Sequence record: NZ_CP029448.1
DNA: 64,000 bases
Reading direction: 5' to 3' (one strand)
DNA from: a plasmid
The notes below the pieces were generated by a model. It had not been told where the DNA came from. It saw nothing but the letters and a program-made list of their open reading frames with translations, and ran no database searches. The stretch's first letter is position 1. Every line of letters starts with the position of its first letter. Both the position numbers and the translations under genes were made by a program. Below are positions 9,398 through 19,524 of the stretch, piece after piece.

Positions 9398-9774
9398 TGC
9401 TTGTCCGCCTCCGGCCAGATGAGTTTTCTGAGGCGCAGGTGATCGGCGTCTATGAGCTCTTGCCTCTTTATGGCATTCACTGAGGCATAGCCATTTATGG
9501 CCAGTTCATACCAATAGCTCAGCACGGCACCGGCCTTGGCTGACTCGCTGATGTAAATCGCGCCCTGGCTGTCCAGATTGCACTCACGGATACGCTCTTC
9601 CGCTATCCGGGTCAGCTGCTCATAGCTGAGTGAAAAATTCACTTCTTTCTCATCCATCCTGCACGCTCCGTCTGATAATGTCCGGTTAGGTAAAAAATCA
9701 TACCTCGAATGATTTATATCGCATTGAGCAAACATCATATCAGATATTATATTGTGATTTATGATAAATATCAC
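9394..9774 (-). CDS. hypothetical protein (126 aa; likely true start near 9657)
   Basis: ORF, overlaps upstream gene by 4 nt. Confidence 0.3.
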   Translation of the reverse strand: MIFIINHNIISDMMFAQCDINHSRYDFLPNRTLSDGACRMDEKEVNFSLSYEQLTRIAEERIRECNLDSQGAIYISESAKAGAVLSYWYELAINGYASVNAIKRQELIDADHLRLRKLIWPEADKQ

Positions 9775-9970
9775 ATTAAGAATGACTTTATGTGTTTAGG
9801 ACGATTATCATATCAATGGCAGGTTTCCCGCCGTGCAGATCCGAAAAGATGCTAAGTCGGATCTCCATACTACTGCAGTGTTGTTTTGGCTAAAATTCGG
9901 GAGATGGAAGCGGGGGAGTAAGCTGATATAATGATGTAAGAACTAATCTTACATAAGAAGCGGAGGGGTT

Positions 9971-10231
9971 ATGGCCCGTACGATGACGGTGGACGTGGGT
10001 GATGAGCTGCGTGAATTTATCGATTCCCTGGTTAAGGCCGGTGATTACCGTACCCAGAGCGAGGTCATGCGTGACGCGCTGCGTCTACTGCGCGAGAAGC
10101 AGGCTGAATCACGCCTTCAGGAACTCCGCGATCTGCTGGCCGAAGGAATCAGCAGCGGCGAGGCGAAACCATGGAACAAGGATGCATTCCTGAAGAATGT
10201 CAGGGCCAGGGTGGCAAATGAAAGAGATTGA
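9971..10231 (+). CDS. parD: ParD-family type II antitoxin (RHH/CopG-like)
   Basis: 86 aa 'YRTQSEVMRDALRLLRE' ribbon-helix-helix antitoxin motif; immediately upstream of and overlapping the ParE-like gene. Confidence 0.75.
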   Translation: MARTMTVDVGDELREFIDSLVKAGDYRTQSEVMRDALRLLREKQAESRLQELRDLLAEGISSGEAKPWNKDAFLKNVRARVANERD

Positions 10232-10514
10232 GCTGACACCAAAAGCAGAAGAGGATCTGGAGGCCATCTGGGACTACAGCTTCAGAGAGTTCGGGGTTGT
10301 TCAGGCGGATGCATACATCGGCCGTATAGCTGCAGTGTTTGATGTGCTGGCCATGCATGATATCGGCACGCATCGTGCAGAGCTGGGAGACGATATCTGC
10401 ACACTGCCGGTGGAACAGCACATGATCTATTTTGTATCATCACATTCTATGGTTACGGTCATTCGTATTCTCAGCCAGTCTCAGGATACGGCGCGGCATG
10501 AACCCTGGAGATGA
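10218..10514 (+). CDS. parE: ParE/RelE-family type II toxin
   Basis: about 98 aa, 'IELTPKAEEDLEAIWDY' ParE N-terminus; ORF 10197..10514, internal start at 10218. Confidence 0.75.
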   Translation: MKEIELTPKAEEDLEAIWDYSFREFGVVQADAYIGRIAAVFDVLAMHDIGTHRAELGDDICTLPVEQHMIYFVSSHSMVTVIRILSQSQDTARHEPWR

Positions 10515-10624
10515 CTGGGGAACAGGATTCTCAAACAACATAAGTTAATTGTAAGGTCGGCATGACCAAAAAAGACATTGTGTATGGACTCTTTCATTAT
10601 TATTCATTTCGCTTATAAAAAAAA

Positions 10625-10642
10625 CGCTCCCGGACGGGAGCG
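10625..10642 (-). terminator. rho-independent terminator downstream of pcoE
   Basis: cgctcccg-gac-cgggagcg hairpin preceded on the + strand by an A10 run (T-run on the minus strand). Confidence 0.6.
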
Positions 10643-10693
10643 TAAGCCAGTGACTTCGGCGTCAAATCAGGGTCTGACAAGTGGAGCTGCGGG

Positions 10694-11128
10694 TTAATTC
10701 TGGGTGATCTGGCTGCGATGCTTTTCCGCCTGTTGCTGATGAATAACGGAAGACTGACCATTATTCGCCTTCTCATGCACAACAGCGGCTTTCTCATGCT
10801 CGCTCATTTCGGAAAATGGCTTAGCATTTTTTTGGGTGTTCTCAGGTTTGGCTTTCATCATTTTTTTATGCATTTCAGCCATGTCCTGATGGGCAGCAGA
10901 ATTGCCGTTTTGCATCATTTCATGGGACATTGCGGCCTGATCGTGACCGCTCATATCCATCATTTTCATGCTCTCCCCCTGAACTGCACTTTTTTCAGCG
11001 GATGATTGCATCTGATGGGCAGGCGCCTGGGCATTATTTACCTGGTCATGCATGTTCATTGTCTCTGCAGCCCAGGCAGATGAAGCGACAGCCATCATGG
11101 CAATAAAGGATACAAGGATCTTTTTCAT
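10694..11128 (-). CDS. pcoE: PcoE periplasmic Met/His-rich copper-binding protein
   Basis: signal peptide 'MKKILVSFIAMMAVASSAWA', then SilE/PcoE-type MxxH/HxxM repeats. Confidence 0.85.
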   Translation of the reverse strand: MKKILVSFIAMMAVASSAWAAETMNMHDQVNNAQAPAHQMQSSAEKSAVQGESMKMMDMSGHDQAAMSHEMMQNGNSAAHQDMAEMHKKMMKAKPENTQKNAKPFSEMSEHEKAAVVHEKANNGQSSVIHQQQAEKHRSQITQN

Positions 11129-11300
11129 GGTTGGGTCTCCGGTGTTTTCATACCCGAACAATCAATGCTTATAACAGAGAAAGCATTTGATCTCAGGGCT
11201 GGTTGATCATCACGCCAGGAACCGGGCGATTGAATTATCACGCTGTCCTGATTTATGGCTGATTATAAAAAACCGCCTCTGTTTATCGCGTGACTGAACG

Positions 11301-11316
11301 ATGACATTTTTGTCAC
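11301..11316. promoter_or_regulatory. cop-box-like palindrome ATGACATTTTTGTCAC upstream of pcoE
   Basis: TGACAnnnnnnTGTCA inverted repeat typical of CusR/PcoR/SilR binding sites. Confidence 0.45.
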
Positions 11317-11343
11317 CTTCCGGGTTTCTCCTGAATAACGGTA

Positions 11344-12744
11344 TTAATCCATTAACAGACGCACACTGAACACAATTTCCCGCCCCTGCTGTTCTGCTGA
11401 CAGCTCGCCGCCGTGAGCATGAATGATCGACCTTGTAATTGATAATCCCAGCCCCGCGCCTTCCGTGTTGTAGAACCTTGATGAGTCTGCGCGATAGAAC
11501 CGGTCAAACAAACGTTCCAGATTAGCGGGAACCTGGCCGGACATCGTATTCGTAATCATCACGTTCACACAGTCACTGTCACGCTCAAGGTGTATCGCTG
11601 TACAGGTGTTATCGGGAGAATACTTGATTGCATTGGAAAGCAGGTTACTGAAAGCACGTCGGAGCATATCGCTGTCTCCGGCAACAACGCCCTCTCCTTC
11701 AACCGTGATTGTCTTTCCTGTTTCGTCTGCCAGGGGCTCGAACAACTCACGTAATTCATTCAGTTCGGCTGCCAGATCCACATCATGTTTATCCAGCCGC
11801 AGCAGACCATGCTCTGAACGTGCCAGAAAAAGCATGTCACTGGTCATTCGTGACAACCTTTTCAGTTCTTCCAGGTTAGCGAATAAAATTTCGCGGTAAT
11901 GCGAAACATCCCTTTCCTTAGCCAGTGCAAACTGCGTCTGCATCATCAGATTACTGACTGGTGTGCGCAGCTCATGCGCGATGTCAGACGAGAAATCTGA
12001 CAGTTTCCGGAATGCCCCCTCCAGGCGATCAAACATATTATTGAACTCCTGCATGGTCTCAGAGATTTCCGGCGGAGCCAGATCGGGATTTAGACGCTGA
12101 TCCAGGCTGTGTACGGTCATGGAGGAAGCCAGACTGGTCATTTCCCGTAGCGGTTTCAGACCAATACGTGTGGTCAGCCAGCCCAGAAAAACAGAAATAA
12201 AGACCAGACCGATATTGAACCAGAACAGCCAGGTACTGAGTTTGTCCATAAACAGGGTGTGATACCCAGTATCCGTGGCAACCGTAATGATGACATGTTT
12301 GCTTTTACCCTGTTCCGGCGTCACGGCAACCCGCCGCGAGATACTGCGGTACACGGTGTTATTTTCTTCCGTCTGGATCATATAGTCGAGAATATCACCC
12401 GACTTATTAAGCAGGACCGCTGGAACAACAGAATTTTTGGCATAGAGTTCAACAATTTTTTCATTTTCCATGTTTTTTATAGAAATGAATAAGCCATTGT
12501 GCCCCACCATCGCATCGTTTATTTTTTCTGATAATGACTTAATATCCGTTTTGTTCCTGAACGTCTCTGTTTTAAGAAACTCTTCGGTGAGCTGAAGTTT
12601 ACCTGTCAGAAAATCGCGGTCCTGATTATCGAAATAGCCATTCAGGGTGCTAATCAGGATAAAACTTGATAACCACCATACCGTAAGCATCACCGCAGAA
12701 AAAATCAGGCTCAGGCGTGTGGTCAGGGAAATTTTGAACCTCAC
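11344..12744 (-). CDS. pcoS: copper-sensing histidine kinase PcoS
   Basis: two TM segments, HAMP, HisKA 'HELRTP' and HATPase_c; translationally coupled to pcoR. Confidence 0.9.
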   Translation of the reverse strand: MRFKISLTTRLSLIFSAVMLTVWWLSSFILISTLNGYFDNQDRDFLTGKLQLTEEFLKTETFRNKTDIKSLSEKINDAMVGHNGLFISIKNMENEKIVELYAKNSVVPAVLLNKSGDILDYMIQTEENNTVYRSISRRVAVTPEQGKSKHVIITVATDTGYHTLFMDKLSTWLFWFNIGLVFISVFLGWLTTRIGLKPLREMTSLASSMTVHSLDQRLNPDLAPPEISETMQEFNNMFDRLEGAFRKLSDFSSDIAHELRTPVSNLMMQTQFALAKERDVSHYREILFANLEELKRLSRMTSDMLFLARSEHGLLRLDKHDVDLAAELNELRELFEPLADETGKTITVEGEGVVAGDSDMLRRAFSNLLSNAIKYSPDNTCTAIHLERDSDCVNVMITNTMSGQVPANLERLFDRFYRADSSRFYNTEGAGLGLSITRSIIHAHGGELSAEQQGREIVFSVRLLMD

Positions 12745-13427
12745 TCTTCTCTGATCTCCAGGACATATCCGGCACCGCGAACGGTATGGATCAGTTTTGG
12801 CTCAAAGTCATCATCAATTTTACTTCTCAGACGTCTCACGGCGACATCAATCACATTCGTATCACTGTCAAAATTCATGTTCCAGACCAGGGACGAGATA
12901 AGACTCCTGGGTAACACTTCTCCGGTGCGTTGCAGCAGCAACTCAAGCAGAACGTATTCTTTACCGGTGAGATGGATCTTCTTCCCCGAACGGATCACGG
13001 TCCGGCGCACCATATCAACGGTCATATCGGCGATGGTGCAGACTGTTGCGGCCTGCGAGCGTGCCCGGCGCAGTAGGGTTCTTACACGTGCAACCAGCTC
13101 CGTAAAATCAAAGGGCTTAATCAGGTAGTCATCTGCGCCAAGCTCCAGTCCTTTCACTTTGTCCCGCACGTTGTCCTTTGCGGTTAAAAACAGGACCGGT
13201 TCTTCGTGCCCGGACTCCCTCAGTGCGCTGATGATTTGCCACCCGTCGAGGAAAGGCAGCATCACGTCCAGTATTATCAAATCATACTGTCCCTTCGACG
13301 CGGCCCCGAGACCATCGCGGCCATTATTAAAGAGATCGGCCTGATAGCCTTCCTCAACCAGTCCCTGCTGCAGGTAACGACCTGTTTTTTGTTCGTCTTC
13401 AACGATTAAAATACGCTGCATGGTCAA
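12741..13427 (-). CDS. pcoR: OmpR-family response regulator PcoR
   Basis: receiver domain 'LIVEDE...[10 protein letters not shown]' plus winged-helix output domain. Confidence 0.9.
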   Translation of the reverse strand: MTMQRILIVEDEQKTGRYLQQGLVEEGYQADLFNNGRDGLGAASKGQYDLIILDVMLPFLDGWQIISALRESGHEEPVLFLTAKDNVRDKVKGLELGADDYLIKPFDFTELVARVRTLLRRARSQAATVCTIADMTVDMVRRTVIRSGKKIHLTGKEYVLLELLLQRTGEVLPRSLISSLVWNMNFDSDTNVIDVAVRRLRSKIDDDFEPKLIHTVRGAGYVLEIREE

Positions 13428-13475
13428 CTCGCTGATATGAAAGTAAAAATCTCACGCATGAGCTTTGGCTGTCCC

Positions 13476-14405
13476 CTAGCTGATCTGAGACGGAGCAAGC
13501 ATTCCAAGCCACGCTACGGCGCCCAGAATGATAATCGCAACAACGAATTCTGTCAGGATGCTGTTTCGCATCAGGGCAACGCTGCGATCATAATTCCCTT
13601 CCCTGACCATAACTTCAAGCCGGGGACCCAGGTGAAACCGGTTTGCTGCAGCCAGAAGAAGCATCAGAACAAACAGAGCCGTCTTGGCAAGCAATATCCT
13701 CCCCCAGGAACTGTTGAATAAGGGAGTTAAGTTACCCTCAGCAATATACAGATAGTTGACCAGCGCACTCAGGATCAGGGCTACAACAATCACCGTTCCT
13801 GCCGTGGCAAATTTTGCCAGGGAGTCAGATATCACAATGACGCTCTGTGCATTATGCTCGTTTCTGCGCATCAGCAGGATAGCAAATGCAACCAGAGCAC
13901 CTGTCCAGGCACCTGCAGCGCCGAGATGGGTCAGATCGCTCAGTAAATGGAGATAGTAATGCAGACCGTCATGCATAACGGCGTGTCCTCCCCAGGCAAG
14001 TGTAGCCAGCGCCACGCCCCCACTCATCGTCATCAGCAGGCAGGACAATACTCTCTTATTAGTGTAAAGGAACAAAGCACCGAGTGTGGTAAACAGGGCA
14101 CAGAGCCTGACAATCCAGCTAATACCCACATCAGTTTCTTCTATCACCATCTCGATAACATGGATGGATAATTCTCTGAGGTCAGTTACTCCACTCATGG
14201 CATTAGATACCAGGAGCATATTAATGCCAGTAAGAATGATGCCTGTAACAACAGCAAAGGTTATAAACGACCTGAAATTAGTCAGGTTATAGGTTTCATG
14301 TCTGACACCGCTTATTCCATATATCTGAAAAAATGGCAATCCAAATATTACCATCAAATCCAGATAAAGAAGAAAACGAATAACAATCATAATCAGGTCG
14401 TTCAT
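13476..14405 (-). CDS. pcoD: copper resistance inner-membrane protein PcoD (CopD family)
   Basis: 309 aa polytopic membrane protein in the pcoABCD position. Confidence 0.85.
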   Translation of the reverse strand: MNDLIMIVIRFLLYLDLMVIFGLPFFQIYGISGVRHETYNLTNFRSFITFAVVTGIILTGINMLLVSNAMSGVTDLRELSIHVIEMVIEETDVGISWIVRLCALFTTLGALFLYTNKRVLSCLLMTMSGGVALATLAWGGHAVMHDGLHYYLHLLSDLTHLGAAGAWTGALVAFAILLMRRNEHNAQSVIVISDSLAKFATAGTVIVVALILSALVNYLYIAEGNLTPLFNSSWGRILLAKTALFVLMLLLAAANRFHLGPRLEVMVREGNYDRSVALMRNSILTEFVVAIIILGAVAWLGMLAPSQIS

Positions 14406-14409
14406 AATA

Positions 14410-14790
14410 TTACTTCACTGTAAAGGTGTAATTACCGGTAATAGGGTGCGTATCTGAAGAAACCGCGCGCCAGTCAACACGATAAGTGCCAGCGGGTAAA
14501 GGCTCTCGCGGAATAATGACCATCGATTTAGGGTCAGCGCCTGGCGCCACTTTTGCCGCGACCGGCATCGGAGAATGTGATGACATGCCTTTCATACCCG
14601 TCATCGTTAATTTTGCACCTGAGAATTTCACGGTCAGATTTTCCGAGAAATTAAGCTGAATCTTTTCCGGGGCCGCTACGGCTGAATCAGCCTGTGGCAC
14701 AGAGCTTTTTAATTCCGGATGGGCCATAGCAGAGAAAGCAACGCCCATAACGAGGCCACCTGTAAGAATGGCTTTATTTAAAATCGACAT
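14410..14790 (-). CDS. pcoC: periplasmic copper-binding protein PcoC (CopC family)
   Basis: 126 aa with signal peptide and Met-rich loop '[13 protein letters not shown]'. Confidence 0.9.
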   Translation of the reverse strand: MSILNKAILTGGLVMGVAFSAMAHPELKSSVPQADSAVAAPEKIQLNFSENLTVKFSGAKLTMTGMKGMSSHSPMPVAAKVAPGADPKSMVIIPREPLPAGTYRVDWRAVSSDTHPITGNYTFTVK

Positions 14791-14829
14791 TTTATTTACC
14801 TGTTTAGTTGAGTGTTTTATATCAGTGCG

Positions 14830-15729
14830 TTAAAACCAGATTCTGGCTCCCGCCAGGAATACTACCTGATGGTCTTTCTCACCTTCTCTTTTCGCCATAT
14901 CGGATGTTTTCCCGTAAAGTTGATTCCAGGAAACGCCTATATAGGGTGCAAACTCACGGCGTATTTCATAGCGCAGCCGGAGCCCCAGCTCTGTGTCAGT
15001 CAGTCCCCTGCCGCGACCCCGCGATTCATCATCCTGACTGTAGAAATTCACCTCATAGGATGGCTGGAGTATGAGCCGGTTAGTCAGTAAAACGTCGTAT
15101 TCTCCTCCCAGACGAAGGGCTGCTTTTCCGCCATTACTGACAAAACCCGTAATTTCAGACTCAAAATTATAGAGTGCCAGCCCCTGAAAACCGACAGCAG
15201 CCCAGGTCCGGGCAGAAGCAGGTCTGAAATCCTGCCTGACACCCGCAACCAAATCCCACCATGGGCCAACCGCATGTCCCCAGAGTAACTGCGCTTCAGC
15301 CGCCTCCGTTTCCCCATTGCTTCGTTCACCTTCACTCTTTAGCCAAATCCGATCTGTGTCGCCTCCAATCCAGCTGTTAACACTCCAGCTGAAATTGTTG
15401 GTGTTATCCGACCGTTGCCATTCCAGTTGATCCAGCAGAACCAGATAATTAATCGCACTGTCGTGAATCGCATGCCCCTGTAAATTGCCGAATGCAGCCT
15501 TCCGGTCGGCATCGGTAACAGGCGGAATTGGCGTTCTGCTCTCAGTTACAATGGGCTCCATTGACGTCATCTCAGTGAAATTCTCATCTGCTGGCATCTG
15601 CATGGCAGACATGTCGTGCCCGGCGTGGGGATCTGCAGAGACGGAGCCCGCCGCAATAGAAAGCTGTGAGGTAAACAAACCGGCGACCAGAACAGGTATG
15701 GCCTTCAAATTTCTCTTCATTCGCATCAT
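14830..15729 (-). CDS. pcoB: outer-membrane copper resistance protein PcoB (CopB family)
   Basis: 299 aa, signal peptide, Met/His-rich N-terminal region, beta-barrel-like C-terminus ending in F. Confidence 0.9.
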   Translation of the reverse strand: MMRMKRNLKAIPVLVAGLFTSQLSIAAGSVSADPHAGHDMSAMQMPADENFTEMTSMEPIVTESRTPIPPVTDADRKAAFGNLQGHAIHDSAINYLVLLDQLEWQRSDNTNNFSWSVNSWIGGDTDRIWLKSEGERSNGETEAAEAQLLWGHAVGPWWDLVAGVRQDFRPASARTWAAVGFQGLALYNFESEITGFVSNGGKAALRLGGEYDVLLTNRLILQPSYEVNFYSQDDESRGRGRGLTDTELGLRLRYEIRREFAPYIGVSWNQLYGKTSDMAKREGEKDHQVVFLAGARIWF

Positions 15730-17549
15730 TCCTCCACCCGGACTTCACGAAACATTCCCATTTCCATGTGATAGAGCAAATGGCAGTGATACGCCCAGCG
15801 GCCAAGCGCATCTGCTGTCACTCTGTAACTGCGTTTTGTACCAGGGGGAACATCTATTGTGTGTTTACGAACCATGAAATTACCGTTTTCATCTTCCAGA
15901 TCGCTCCACATACCATGCAGGTGAATGGGGTGAGTCATCATGGTATCGTTGATCAGCGTGATCCTGAGCCGCTCACCGTATTTCAGCAGCACCGGTGCGG
16001 CATCTGAAAACTTGATTCCGTTAAATGACCAGGCAAACTTTTCCATGTGGCCGGTTAAATGCAGTTCTATGGTACGGCCAGGTTCACGTCCGTCAGGATC
16101 CTCAAAGCGGCTTTTCAAATCCGCGTACGTGAGAACCTTTCTTCCGTTATTTCGAAGACCAATACCCGGATCATTTAATTTCGGAGAGACGCTCATCGCC
16201 TGCATATCAACCAGTGGGTTATCCGTTTCTGACGCAGGATGACTTTGCATACCCGGCATTCCGGCCATCCGGGAATGATCCATACCGGCCATGCTGCTGT
16301 GATCCATGGGCGCGGAGGATGTCCCGCTATCCGGAAGGTCAGCACCGTCCATAGACATCATCTCTCCGCTGTTATCCATGCCTCCCATCTGGCTGTGGTC
16401 CATTCCTGCCATATCATGTCCCATTCCCCCCATACCCATATCTTCCATGGTCAACAGAGGACGGGGATCGAGGGGGGGAACGGCAGCACTTAACCCCTCT
16501 CTCGTGGCCAGTGTCCCTCGAGCGTAACCGGTCCTGTCCATGGATTGTGCGAAGATGGTATAGGCCTCACCCTGAGGCTCCACAATGACATCATAGGTTT
16601 CGGCAACGGCAATCCTGAATTCGTCAACGGTAACCGGGTTTACATACTGGCCATCTGCAGCCACGACCGTCATTTTCAGCCCGGGGATACGGATATCGAA
16701 ATAGGTCATTGCCGAGCCGTTGATAAACCGTAAGCGTATCTTTTCACCGGGACGGAACAGTCCGGTCCAGTTTTTCAGCGGGGCCTGCCCGTTCATGAGA
16801 TAGGTGTAGGTGTAGCCACTGACATCCGCGAGGTCAGTCGGATTCATTTTCATTTCAGCCCACATTTTCCGATCGGCAATGGTGGCTGACAGCCCCCTGG
16901 TATTCACGTCGCGGAAAAAAGAGCCAACGGTTGGTTTATTGAAATTGTAGTAATCCGACTGTTTTTTTAATTTTTTCAGCAGGCTGTGAGGATTTTCATC
17001 GGTCCAGTCAGACAACATGACCACATGCTCACGATCGTAAGCAAACGGTTCTGGCTCCCTGGCATCGATGATAATGGCACCGTATACCCCCTCCTGTTCC
17101 TGCAGACCGGAATGGCTGTGGTACCAGTAAGTCCCGTTCTGCTTAACCTTAAAGGTGTAAACGTAGGTATCATCAGGCTCTATGCCCATAAAACTCAGCC
17201 CCGGAACACCATCCATATTGGCCGGAAGAATAATGCCGTGCCAGTGAATGGACGTCTGTTCATTAAGACGGTTTTTGACCTTCAGGGTAATGGTGTCACC
17301 TTCTTTCCAGCGAAGAACGGGCCCCGGCAGGCCTCCATTGATTGTTTTGGCCTGACGCTCACTGCCCGTGATATTGACGGCCGTTTCACCAATGGTCAGG
17401 TCAAACTGAGTACCCTGCAGGGATGCGGCAACTGGCAGGCTCAGACTGGAACGCGCATTGAAACTCCATACGCCAAGACTTCCGGCTACGCCAGAGAGGG
17501 TTAACCCCTTCAGGAAAGTTCGTCGAGACGTTTTCAACAGCATGCGCAT
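15726..17549 (-). CDS. pcoA: multicopper oxidase PcoA
   Basis: Tat-like signal 'SRRTFLKG', cupredoxin His motifs ([13 protein letters not shown]), Met-rich insert. Confidence 0.95.
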   Translation of the reverse strand: MRMLLKTSRRTFLKGLTLSGVAGSLGVWSFNARSSLSLPVAASLQGTQFDLTIGETAVNITGSERQAKTINGGLPGPVLRWKEGDTITLKVKNRLNEQTSIHWHGIILPANMDGVPGLSFMGIEPDDTYVYTFKVKQNGTYWYHSHSGLQEQEGVYGAIIIDAREPEPFAYDREHVVMLSDWTDENPHSLLKKLKKQSDYYNFNKPTVGSFFRDVNTRGLSATIADRKMWAEMKMNPTDLADVSGYTYTYLMNGQAPLKNWTGLFRPGEKIRLRFINGSAMTYFDIRIPGLKMTVVAADGQYVNPVTVDEFRIAVAETYDVIVEPQGEAYTIFAQSMDRTGYARGTLATREGLSAAVPPLDPRPLLTMEDMGMGGMGHDMAGMDHSQMGGMDNSGEMMSMDGADLPDSGTSSAPMDHSSMAGMDHSRMAGMPGMQSHPASETDNPLVDMQAMSVSPKLNDPGIGLRNNGRKVLTYADLKSRFEDPDGREPGRTIELHLTGHMEKFAWSFNGIKFSDAAPVLLKYGERLRITLINDTMMTHPIHLHGMWSDLEDENGNFMVRKHTIDVPPGTKRSYRVTADALGRWAYHCHLLYHMEMGMFREVRVEE

Positions 17550-17660
17550 TCCCTTATTTAAAGTATGGTTACTGACAGAATTCGAGAACCGATTTAAATT
17601 AAATTACTGGTTCATCCACTTACAATGAAATGAATCTAGCACACCTTAAGAAACAAATTC

Positions 17661-17676
17661 ATTACAATCGTGTAAT
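17661..17676. promoter_or_regulatory. cop box ATTACAATCGTGTAAT in the divergent pcoA / pcoE-like promoter region
   Basis: perfect ATTACA-N4-TGTAAT palindrome; a second TGTATTACA half-site at 17687-17697. Confidence 0.6.
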
Positions 17677-17777
17677 GTACATAGCTGTATTACATTTACG
17701 TCATCTTCCCCACAGGTTGATTATTTTTATATATGATCATAAGGACATCTTTTATGTACCTCAGAAGGTAATTACAC

Positions 17778-18227
17778 ATGAATATATTAATCACGACCAC
17801 TGCGTTTACAGCTTTATTTTGTGGGGCAGCTTTTGCTCAGTCCAGTGATATTGCCCATGAAGCACATCGATTTGTTAATAATGCCTCAGCCGTCAGTCAT
17901 GTGAACTCCTCGACGCATGAAAACTTACCGGACAGGGTTAATAAAAACAACACGCCCTCATTCTCTGAAATGAATGAACATGAAAGGGCCATTGTTGCTC
18001 ATTCATTTATGAACAACAGCGCGTCCTATGCGCATCAGAAAATGATTGAGGAACATAAAAAAATGCTGTCCGGCAGTGATGCAAATTCAAAGACCTCGTC
18101 TTCTTCTTTTAACGAACTGAATGCCGGAGAAAAAGCCGCTCTCGTGCATGAGCAGGTCAATAATGCCGGTGCGGAAGCACATCAGACGCAGGCAAGAAAG
18201 CTTCGCGGGCTGTATTCGACCAGGTAA
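17778..18227 (+). CDS. PcoE/SilE-like periplasmic metal-binding protein paralog (149 aa)
   Basis: signal peptide plus repeated 'MNEHERAIVAH / LNAGEKAALVHE' motifs resembling PcoE. Confidence 0.6.
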   Translation: MNILITTTAFTALFCGAAFAQSSDIAHEAHRFVNNASAVSHVNSSTHENLPDRVNKNNTPSFSEMNEHERAIVAHSFMNNSASYAHQKMIEEHKKMLSGSDANSKTSSSSFNELNAGEKAALVHEQVNNAGAEAHQTQARKLRGLYSTR

Positions 18228-18515
18228 CTGCAGGCGGGTTAGTGCTTAGCGTCAGGTGCGCAGCAGGGCTTTACTGACGGGTTACGTAGCAGGACATGAG
18301 CCCCATATTGCTCTGCCGTAACCTGTTTCAGTCCCGTTAATCATCACCGTCGGGCTGGTCATACAGTTCCCAGAGCTTCAGGAGCAAACGGGAAACAAGA
18401 TATGTTACAAAAATGACGACCATCAACGGTGCTCCCGATTAACTGACAGATGACACGCCTCCTGAAAACCCCTAGCATACGCCGCAGTGTTCATGCTAAC
18501 GGCGAATTCCAGTAA

Positions 18516-19253
18516 ATGTATTCTACCGATGTCGTAAAAGAAAATGCCTACCTTTCAGCCACCCGCTCGGGGCTGGAATCGAACGAGATCGCTACTCTTC
18601 AGCGCTCCTTGCCTTCCCGGTTTAATCTGCGGCATTTGAAAAAAAATGAATCATTAAAACTCGTACTGCAAAAGAAAGCGGGAAAATCACGTGTCGTGGC
18701 CTATAAATTTACGTCCGGTTCATTTAATTACACGGCGTATCGTATATCAGATAAAAAGTTCTATAACCTTTCCGATACTTCCGGGAAAGGCAGTCTCGAT
18801 TATCCGTTACCGGCCACAGCAAGACTCAGTTCGCCTTTCAATCCTGCAAGACTTAACCCGGTATCGGGAAAAGTGAGTCCCCATAATGGCATTGATTATT
18901 CCATGCCCATGAACACGAAAATAGTCAGCGTCATCGACGGAAAAATCACCCGGGCCGAATACAACAGTACCATGGGATATTTTGTTGAAGTAACGGGAAA
19001 AGCCGGTGTTAAAACTCGCTATCTCCACCTCAATAAAATACTCGTTACTAAAGGGGCCAGGGTTACCCGGGGAGACGCTATTGCGTTATCCGGTAACAGC
19101 GGACGTTCATCCGGTCCTCATCTGCATTACGAGCTGGTCATCAATAACAATCCTGTTAACTCACTGGCGTTCCGGGCAGCGGCACCCGCTGATAACAAAC
19201 TTGAACAGCATGCCTTTGCGCATGCCAGAGACTACGAACGATACCTGGACTGA
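18516..19253 (+). CDS. M23-family metallopeptidase (often annotated pcoG in sil-pco islands)
   Basis: 'HNGIDY...GNSGRSSGPHLHYE' LytM/M23 catalytic motifs. Confidence 0.75.
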   Translation: MYSTDVVKENAYLSATRSGLESNEIATLQRSLPSRFNLRHLKKNESLKLVLQKKAGKSRVVAYKFTSGSFNYTAYRISDKKFYNLSDTSGKGSLDYPLPATARLSSPFNPARLNPVSGKVSPHNGIDYSMPMNTKIVSVIDGKITRAEYNSTMGYFVEVTGKAGVKTRYLHLNKILVTKGARVTRGDAIALSGNSGRSSGPHLHYELVINNNPVNSLAFRAAAPADNKLEQHAFAHARDYERYLD

Positions 19254-19286
19254 TAACGGGGCCGCGACGCGGCCCCGTCTGCCGGA

Positions 19287-19484
19287 TTAATTTTTTTTAT
19301 CGTTTTCACTTCCTTGATGTTGATGATCTCCATGCCCTCCGTGGCCGTGGAAAAGATGCATGAGCGGGCAGACCAGCAATAACAGATATGGCCAGTAACC
19401 TGCCACATGTGACCAGTGTTCGCGCAGGAGGGCAAATGCCGCGATCGCGGCGACAGCAATAAGCGCATAGGTGGTACTTTTCAT
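19287..19484 (-). CDS. DUF2933-like small His-rich membrane protein
   Basis: 65 aa, one TM segment, 'HLFHGHGGHGDHQHQG' C-terminus; commonly found next to silP. Confidence 0.55.
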   Translation of the reverse strand: MKSTTYALIAVAAIAAFALLREHWSHVAGYWPYLLLLVCPLMHLFHGHGGHGDHQHQGSENDKKN

Positions 19485-19524
19485 ACTGGACTCCTTCTGT
19501 TCGTAACAGCCCCTTCACTCAGTG

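Noticed and set aside
9100-9483. GC-rich Pro/Ala/Arg-rich ORFs on the plus strand opposite 8831..9397
   Set aside because: Typical high-GC antisense artefacts; the minus-strand gene has the coherent HTH-containing reading frame
15768-17504. Multiple plus-strand ORFs (up to 172 aa) within pcoA
   Set aside because: Antisense shadow ORFs of the multicopper oxidase gene
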